From IMG/VR virus record IMGVR_UViG_3300042997_002652, positions 32,001 to 96,000 of that record: a stretch of DNA of 64,000 nt. One strand, written 5' to 3'. Below, piece after piece: positions 59,001 to 64,000 of the stretch; the stretch's first letter is position 1; each line of letters starts with the position of its first letter. This stretch comes from a virus. Lineage: Duplodnaviria > Caudoviricetes. Position numbers and translations under genes: made by a program. The notes under the pieces were generated by a model that had not been told where the DNA came from, made no database searches, and saw only the letters and a list, made by a program, of their open reading frames with translations.

Positions 59001-59595
59001 CACTAGTAGGAGTACTATAAGTTGGTATAGCGATTACCGCGTAATCACCGATATTACCTACAGTATTAACAGGTGAACCAGCTGATACTTGCGTACTATC
59101 AGTTATTACGATTGGAGTTTGTAACGTAAACTGACCAGTAGTTTGGTTGAATACATAAATACCCCAAGTTGTTTCAGAAGTATTTAACCATAGAGTTCCA
59201 TCTGATGGTTCACCTGAAGGTCTTCCAGTTTGACCAACTAATGCAGCCAAGTCAATGTCTGCTCTCATGCAATATACTGTATTAGTAGCACCTAAAGCAG
59301 AGTATGCGGCTAATAATCCATATTCGTTTAATTCATACCCTTGAATAGGTGTACCATTAGTAGACGTATAAAAGAATGGATTACCGTATAAGTTAACAAG
59401 ATCACGCTGACTTGTTACTCTAAACAATTTGTTTGCGTTAGCAGCAGTTGTTCCTGATGCTATCCCTGTACCGCTAGGGTTAACTTTATTTTGTGCAGTT
59501 GCTAATAGCACAAATGGTATTGAATTTGTTGGCGCTGGTAAGTACTGAGATTCATCAGTAATACTAACTTGTACGCCGGGTGATGTTAATGCCAT
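56026..59595 (-). CDS. Contractile tail sheath protein (gp18-like) with large insertions
   Basis: MALTSPGVQVSITDES, YPWFAPAGTRRG, LYTNFINP, ALDRINVARL, FVFEPND, CDDSNNTPARIDRNEL, EFIYIP. Confidence 0.93.
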   Translation of the reverse strand: MALTSPGVQVSITDESQYLPAPTNSIPFVLLATAQNKVNPSGTGIASGTTAANANKLFRVTSQRDLVNLYGNPFFYTSTNGTPIQGYELNEYGLLAAYSALGATNTVYCMRADIDLAALVGQTGRPSGEPSDGTLWLNTSETTWGIYVFNQTTGQFTLQTPIVITDSTQVSAGSPVNTVGNIGDYAVIAIPTYSTPTSATGKQFFYKATTNTWVSIGSNAWLQNVPAIQGSNAPTSLTAANTFIIRLSGTTQVSATITVPAATNNTVSGVAAAINNLGWGGVSASVIGGKLNIYSSQNLDDIAPKFITIVAGTGTVLTDLGITAGNYFQPVITYATSSQQPLWQTGQTVSRPTGSIWIKVGSVGNGLTPVIEEWSSDLAAWNAKTVTLAVSDNAAIASLDAEGGLNIDANTLYAQYNFNNLYPSDSPIYYWKKANAGATVVTGTVENPTFPSGPYTLSVQVSQPGIAPLSSAYTVIVADNATAADFIVDWTNAAIPYTSIELNSAGALVITHTAGGVIQITDNNGFLTEAGFIAGTTDYVKQGAILTPTYTPVVTGGAGSSAVLSVSLASTYAVNSTTFSNAGTGYVVGDQLTVSGANLGGTAPANNLVVEVTQVSGAGALEGITFVSGTPNVVYTSLLSDWIEADPTASATALTEAPVTGTNWFYSVVDQVDIMVNTSAGWRGYRNINFSSSGFPLPSGVNATDPNGPIVSASAPTLQSDGTALAYGDLWIDISDLENYPIINRWQSVSGTDQWVRIDNTDQTNPTGVVFADARWATNATTNPATDAVPTIVSLLTSNYLDLDAPDDSLYPTGMLLFNTRRSGYNVKEFITNYFNSTSFPDVALPTEKDAWVSVSGLQSNGAPYMGRKAQRAMVVQALRASIDTNTAIRDEDNFFNLIATPNYPELQANMIVLNADRGETGFIIGDTPMRLPETATAIQAWATNAAGATSTGDDGLVTRSTYMGLFYPSGLTNDLAGNEVVVPASHMMLRTILRNDSIAYPWFAPAGTRRGVIDNALSIGYLDAQTGEFQSTRTRVGIRDVLYTNFINPLVFFTGNGLLNYGNKSSFNSQSALDRINVARLVAYIRRQLTIAARPFVFEPNDALTRQQITGVVQTLLVDLVAKRGLYDYLVVCDDSNNTPARIDRNELYVDVAIEPVKAAEFIYIPVRILNTGELSSSLDGAAPTSLR

Positions 59596-59598
59596 AAT

Positions 59599-59678
59599 AA
59601 TTTTCCTTTAGTTGTAATATTTTGAGGTTTACTAACCTATACTGCGTTTCTTTTATTTATCAAATACTAAAGAAAATT
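59599..59678 (-). promoter_or_regulatory. SD-occluding stem with late promoter in the loop (sheath gene)
   Basis: AAUUUUCUUUAGU pairs with ACUAAAGGAAAAUU (one bulged G); GATAAATA at 59654-59661 lies inside. Confidence 0.65.
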
Positions 59679-59727
59679 AACACCTACATCAATTCTGGAT
59701 GCCTTTGAAGGTAGAATAAATATTTAT

Positions 59728-60078
59728 ATGAATATAAGACCTATATGTCCAAAATGTAATACATGTGTTTGTGCTATCAATTATAAGAAAAATAATGTGT
59801 ATCATTATAGAAGCACATGTAATAGCTGCGGTAGGAAAAAGCCCAGAAAAAAACCCAGAACTTTTCTTTGGCAAAAAAGCGGTTATAAGAAAAAAACAAT
59901 GTGTGACTTATGTGGATTTAGAAGTGTATACGCTACTCAAATAGTAGTGTACCATATCAACGGGGATTTAACTGATATTAAGTTAAACAATCTACGCAGT
60001 ATATGTTTATGCTGCGTAGAAGTTGTCAAAAGAAAAGAAGTGACTTGGAAGAGGGGAGATTTACAAGTTGACTATTAA
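59728..60078 (+). CDS. Zinc-finger / degenerate HNH protein
   Basis: CPKC, CNSC, CDLC, VYHINGD...NNLRSICLCC; TAAATA-N5-ATG. Confidence 0.7.
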   Translation: MNIRPICPKCNTCVCAINYKKNNVYHYRSTCNSCGRKKPRKKPRTFLWQKSGYKKKTMCDLCGFRSVYATQIVVYHINGDLTDIKLNNLRSICLCCVEVVKRKEVTWKRGDLQVDY

Positions 60079-60678
60079 GTTTAATGATGCAAACAAATCT
60101 TCTTTAGTGCCGTTATTAGCTAGGTAACAATCATACTCTAATCCTACAGAACTGTATTCGCTAGCATGAACGCCTCGAGGCGGTAAGCAACCTTCAGTAC
60201 CTTGATTGAATCTAACAGCATCATCATACCAGTTCGGAAGTTCACCGCGTTCAATACGAATCAATTTTCCATTTAGTTTTTTTACTACACTTAGTTCGTT
60301 AGCAAATCTAGCATCAGTTATTACGATATTACCTTCGCATTTAAGAATTTTGTTTTCTAACGATGCTACCCAAATATCTTTATGAAAACCATGTCTACAA
60401 ACTTCAGTACCCCAGTATTGTAATATCCATCTAGGAGTAAGATGGGGCATGTTTAATCTAGCAGCCCACCATGGATCAATTTGTTCTCTCCATTGTCTAC
60501 TCTCTAAAGTTTCACCTTCAAGTAAAACACGATCCCACCCAAATACTACTGCGATAGCATCTTTTAACGATCCTGCAAAGCTTAGTTTAGTAAAATTATG
60601 ATTGTTGATTAAGTATTCTGCTGCTGTATCTTTACCCGAGCCTATGAAACCCGAGATAGATATAATTTTGTTGGGCAT
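60061..60678 (-). CDS. Deoxynucleoside monophosphate kinase (T4 gp1-like)
   Basis: ISGFIGSGKDT, SFAGSLKD, TPRWILQYWGTEVCR, VITDARFANE, HASE. Confidence 0.9.
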   Translation of the reverse strand: MPNKIISISGFIGSGKDTAAEYLINNHNFTKLSFAGSLKDAIAVVFGWDRVLLEGETLESRQWREQIDPWWAARLNMPHLTPRWILQYWGTEVCRHGFHKDIWVASLENKILKCEGNIVITDARFANELSVVKKLNGKLIRIERGELPNWYDDAVRFNQGTEGCLPPRGVHASEYSSVGLEYDCYLANNGTKEDLFASLNLIVNL

Positions 60679-60743
60679 GTTATTCTCCTATGATTCTAAT
60701 AGAATAACAGAATGAACAGTCAATTGTCAAGTAAATTGGTTAA

Positions 60744-61520
60744 TTAGCCTTGCACCCATGTCAGAGGTTGTGAATTATCAACATATCGTTTGAGTTCATC
60801 AATCAATTTCTCTATCATAGCATAGCCTTCACTTTTCATTGCTGCGCCGTTAAGTGATGTACCACCACTGGGTCCAGCAATAGTAGCAAACTTTTCTCTG
60901 GCTTCACCAATGATAGTTTTTAAAACCGCAAGTGTATAATCTTGAATCCAAGTACCAGTAGAAGGGTCTTGTAACAATGTAGCTTCAGGTCGCAGGATAT
61001 CCGCCCAAATAAGGATCTTTTCACCTGAACCCTTAAAATCACGAACTATTCTAAGTGTCTTAGATACAGGATCAAATGTATAAGTCAAGTAACCACCAAA
61101 CATTCTAGCAGCTAACTCAACATAACCAGCATAAAAATCGTAAGTAGCCAAGCCACCGGCAGAGTTATAATTAAGCAAGTAAGTATTTAATATCGCACTT
61201 GAAAATGGATCAAATGAGCTGGCGCCGGGGCCAGTTTCTAATCCAACTGTTCTACGGTATAAGCATCTTACATTAATAAATTCACTGGGAAGTGTATAAG
61301 TATCTACATTTTTTTCTATAGTAAAAAGTGTGTAAGTTTCCTGTGTGGAATTCTGCGCACGTTGTCTATATGTAGATATAGCATAATTATATGCTACTTC
61401 CAAGTGCTCAGGATCAACTTCAAGATCAATTATATTTTGACCTAATCTTAATAAACATGAATTAAATAATTGCTCTTTTAATTGAGTAAGATTAAGATTA
61501 GTTGGAATTGTTTGGATCAT
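60744..61520 (-). CDS. Neck protein (gp13-like)
   Basis: LRLGQNIIDLEVDPEH, EAREKFATIAGPSGGTSLNG; GATAAATA at 61547-61554. Confidence 0.8.
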   Translation of the reverse strand: MIQTIPTNLNLTQLKEQLFNSCLLRLGQNIIDLEVDPEHLEVAYNYAISTYRQRAQNSTQETYTLFTIEKNVDTYTLPSEFINVRCLYRRTVGLETGPGASSFDPFSSAILNTYLLNYNSAGGLATYDFYAGYVELAARMFGGYLTYTFDPVSKTLRIVRDFKGSGEKILIWADILRPEATLLQDPSTGTWIQDYTLAVLKTIIGEAREKFATIAGPSGGTSLNGAAMKSEGYAMIEKLIDELKRYVDNSQPLTWVQG

Positions 61521-61599
61521 TTTTCATGGTTCCTTTATGTTATAACTATTTATCTGGTTACATTTAGTTTACATGAAATAATTATTCTAAGGGCATGGC

Positions 61600-61975
61600 G
61601 AGTAGATATAAAATCTACAAGCCACGGGTTATTCTTGAGGTACTTAGGCAACGATGAATTCAAACATTACAGTGGAGGATTGTCTATGTCTCACTAACCC
61701 ATAAAGGGAGTTTGCCGTATTCGCTGTTAACGTTCAAACGCTATTCACCGAGGAGTTTGAACCAGCCCAAGAGTATCTATCGCAATTACCATCTCTTGGC
61801 AACAACAACCATTTAGACACAAGAAACGTTTCTAACAAGGGTTAGACGTTTATGGCATCCCTATTCGGGGTAGTCTTGTGAATGGAGTCACTGATTTTAC
61901 TCAGTTCAAGCTTAGACTCGCTTCTATACCCACACAACACGGATTGAGGTGGGACTTGGATGTTATTGTGGCTAA
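61600..61975 (-). ncRNA. Candidate large structured ncRNA (350-400 nt), family unassigned
   Basis: No credible ORF; about 43% GC by hand count (61621-61980); at least eight stems, including a 6 bp long-range closure. Strand inferred from flanking genes. Confidence 0.6.
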
Positions 61976-61998
61976 CACTTACCTTGCTTGATAAACAA

Positions 61999-62217
61999 TT
62001 ATTCTATAAGTTTAAATATCAAAAACAAATCTTTAAGGGGATGATTCCATGGATCTTTTACACCATATGCTGTACAGCCAAATCTAGTATCATCGTCTAA
62101 GTGATCTTTTCCTTTGGTATAGTTTTCCATGTCAATACAAGTAAGTACTGTACCTTCAGGAATCTTTGCTAATTCTTCTGGTGTAAAAAGATAAAGATCA
62201 TCCTCCCATTTTTGCAT
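61999..62217 (-). CDS. Hypothetical protein
   Basis: 72 aa; DDDTRFGCTAYG. Confidence 0.6.
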   Translation of the reverse strand: MQKWEDDLYLFTPEELAKIPEGTVLTCIDMENYTKGKDHLDDDTRFGCTAYGVKDPWNHPLKDLFLIFKLIE

Positions 62218-62645
62218 TATAAATCATTCTCTTTTCTATTTTCAGAATAGAATGGATCAAACGTGCCGCCAGGATATCTTGCTTCAAGCTTTTTAACGTT
62301 TTCAGCAATCACATCGTTTGGATCTAAACCTAATGCTCTGCAAGCATTGATCCAATACCAAATAATATCGCCTAGTTCACGTTTCATGTGGTAAACGTTT
62401 TCATCACTCAATTCTTTACCTTGAAAAATGATTTTTTTGTTTACCTCGATAAACTCTCCGCTTTCTGCTGCTAAACCCAAACATGCAGTAATCAGCAACG
62501 GAACATTTACTGCAGGCCCAGTTACATCTTCTTTATTTTGCGAATTTAGCTCTTCACACCTTTGCTGAAAAATGTGAAAATGATTGCTTGGGTTACTAGT
62601 TACAACCTCTACAAAATCTTTGTACTTGTTTAAATCAATATTCAT
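62217..62645 (-). CDS. mazG: MazG-like NTP pyrophosphohydrolase
   Basis: LGLAAESGEF..VNKK...ELGDIIWY (ExxE...ExxD), NVKKLEARYP. Confidence 0.85.
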   Translation of the reverse strand: MNIDLNKYKDFVEVVTSNPSNHFHIFQQRCEELNSQNKEDVTGPAVNVPLLITACLGLAAESGEFIEVNKKIIFQGKELSDENVYHMKRELGDIIWYWINACRALGLDPNDVIAENVKKLEARYPGGTFDPFYSENRKENDL

Positions 62646-62654
62646 GTGTTCTCC

Positions 62655-63839
62655 TCAAAATGCTTTTAGTATGATCATAGCATCGTTAAATCTGCCATTT
62701 GGTGTAGTAGCAACAGCTTTGATATCTTTAAAAAACTTTCTGGCTGCTGGCTTACTACCCGTAATTTGTTTTAACTGTTCTTCTGGCTTCCGCAATATCT
62801 TTGCTTCACTTTCTTTAGTGTCAAAGCCTAAAAGTGTATTTCCCTTGACAATTAAACATTTGCTCATTTCATCAGCAACAAAGTGGTAAAGTTTGCGCTT
62901 AGCAGTATCGTATACCCAACATTCACTTGAGTTATGGAGCTTAGTAGGATCAATACTAACCAAATTCAGTTTTGTTTTTTCATCAATAAACTTACGCAAA
63001 TATTTCAGTTTAGAAACTTGCTTTTCTACAGAAACAGGTTTTTTAGCTCGTTTTACTTTATTAGTTTGTTTTAGCGCAACATACGAGTTAACCGCACTAG
63101 TAATAATGTCAATGTATTTGATTATATTTTTAATCTGCATTTTTGAAAGGTGTGAATAACCTTCTACTAATTGTTCATCAGTACCTTGCTGAACTTCAAT
63201 AAGTTCGTCTTTAATGGGAGTAAATGGTTGAGTTACAATAGAAGTGTGTTGCGGCAAAATACTTTTTTCAGACAAATAATTAATTACTTTTGTAGTAGGG
63301 TCAATACCTGTTTTACACCCATCACTAATGTATTCGTCTAGCATTCCTTGAAGTTCACCTGAAACATCACTTGCTCTTTCACGCATTATAATTTGAATGT
63401 TTCTTTTGTTAGTTTCTTCTACTACAACCGCAGCAGCTATAGTTTCTTCAGTTTCAGGATTTTCATCATCCATATGAACAAGCCTAGCTACTTCTTTAGC
63501 TAATCGCTTTTTTTCTTCTTCTGTTAGCTCAAATCCGCGTAAAGACATTCTAGCTAACCAGCCAAATGTGGGTGCCACTTTGTTATCGGGAGTTCGGAAT
63601 ACTTTTTTAGCAGTAGCAGTATCGCCAGTTGAATTAAGATAATCACATATAAACTGTTTTGCTTCTTTATTGGAGCAAAAGTAGTTATACCAGTTAAACG
63701 CACTACCCATAAAAGACAGTCGTTTTTGTTCAGTAGAGTAGTCAACTGATTTAGGTTCGTTTCCGTGCCCTTTAAGCCCAAACAAGTCTTTTGGGCGAAG
63801 ATCACGAACTTCAGCAGTGTTTTTTTGTCTAATAGCCAT
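62655..63839 (-). CDS. Conserved T4-like hypothetical protein
   Basis: Start moved to MAIRQK; C-terminal WVYDTAKRKL...KILRKPEE...NGRFN; sigma70 and late promoters upstream. Confidence 0.7.
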   Translation of the reverse strand: MAIRQKNTAEVRDLRPKDLFGLKGHGNEPKSVDYSTEQKRLSFMGSAFNWYNYFCSNKEAKQFICDYLNSTGDTATAKKVFRTPDNKVAPTFGWLARMSLRGFELTEEEKKRLAKEVARLVHMDDENPETEETIAAAVVVEETNKRNIQIIMRERASDVSGELQGMLDEYISDGCKTGIDPTTKVINYLSEKSILPQHTSIVTQPFTPIKDELIEVQQGTDEQLVEGYSHLSKMQIKNIIKYIDIITSAVNSYVALKQTNKVKRAKKPVSVEKQVSKLKYLRKFIDEKTKLNLVSIDPTKLHNSSECWVYDTAKRKLYHFVADEMSKCLIVKGNTLLGFDTKESEAKILRKPEEQLKQITGSKPAARKFFKDIKAVATTPNGRFNDAMIILKAF

Positions 63840-63862
63840 ACAATATGTTCTCTTTGTTGGGG

Positions 63863-63911
63863 TATTTATATCATGAATACATATGATAACAAATCTTTGA
63901 GCATTAGTCAA
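63863..63911 (-). promoter_or_regulatory. Tandem sigma70 and T4 late promoters
   Basis: TTGACT-N17-TATCAT (63883-63911) and a perfect TATAAATA (63863-63870). Confidence 0.7.
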
Positions 63912-63959
63912 TACCCGAAGATAAATATAATGATACGATAAAGTGTAAGGAGATCCAAA

Positions 63960-64000
63960 ATTCCAAGATTAAGCCTATATAGGCCCAATAAACAAAACGA
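63960..64000 (+). CDS. 5' end of a late gene with apparent ATT start (possibly neck gp14-like)
   Basis: GATAAATA, then AAGGAG SD, 7 nt spacer, then ATT CCA AGA TTA AGC CTA TAT AGG CCC AAT AAA CAA AAC (xPRLSLYRPNKQN). Confidence 0.45.
   Translation, partial: MPRLSLYRPNKQN

Noticed and set aside
61745-61766. GGUUCAAACUCC as a tRNA T-arm
   Set aside because: The flanks do not form a 5 bp T-stem or a cloverleaf, and GUUCAAAC pairs better with GUUUGAAC. I saw no tRNA gene in the window.
61600-61975. Calling the large RNA RNase P, tmRNA or a group I intron
   Set aside because: Only short motif echoes. There is no GAGGAAAGUCC or P1-P3 layout, no tmRNA acceptor ends, and the R-like (UUCACAAGACUA) and S-like (GAGACAUAGAC) pieces cannot form a proper P7; no interrupted gene. 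Left unassigned.

Overview
The window is a 64 kb internal segment of a large, AT-rich lytic myovirus distantly related to T4. Almost all genes are on the minus strand; only phoH, an HNH-like gene and a gene running off the right edge are on the plus strand. From left to right it holds: (i) small early genes, a T4 RNase H-like flap nuclease, a methyltransferase plus PD-(D/E)xK nuclease pair bounded by a decayed duplicate of the upstream gene end, and a UV-damage endonuclease; (ii) a roughly 11 kb nucleotide and sugar modification cluster (epimerase, two GT-B glycosyltransferases, QueE, PRTase, QueD, cytidylyltransferase, FolE, GMP reductase, a DpdL-like T-fold protein and a TGT-fold DpdA-like protein, with no queC in the window); (iii) sliding clamp, family B DNA polymerase and a DsbA-like protein; (iv) a late cassette of proteins whose N-termini resemble the T4 capsid-targeting sequence and which look like E-delimited modular polyproteins; (v) ClpA, DnaJ, PhoH, clamp loader, two GroES and a stand-alone DnaE fragment; (vi) baseplate, GH19 lysin, collagen-like fibre, head, tail tube, sheath and neck genes; (vii) a 350-400 nt structured non-coding region, a MazG-like gene and hypotheticals. 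Best leads are the QueC-less 7-deazaguanine pathway interleaved with sugar and purine-salvage enzymes, the large candidate ncRNA, the putative packaged polyproteins, and late-gene control by SD-occluding hairpins and leaderless TAAATA-N5-ATG promoters. All assignments come from motifs read by eye and recalled family knowledge; no searches were run. Several starts were moved from the supplied ORF track to the SD- or promoter-supported codon.
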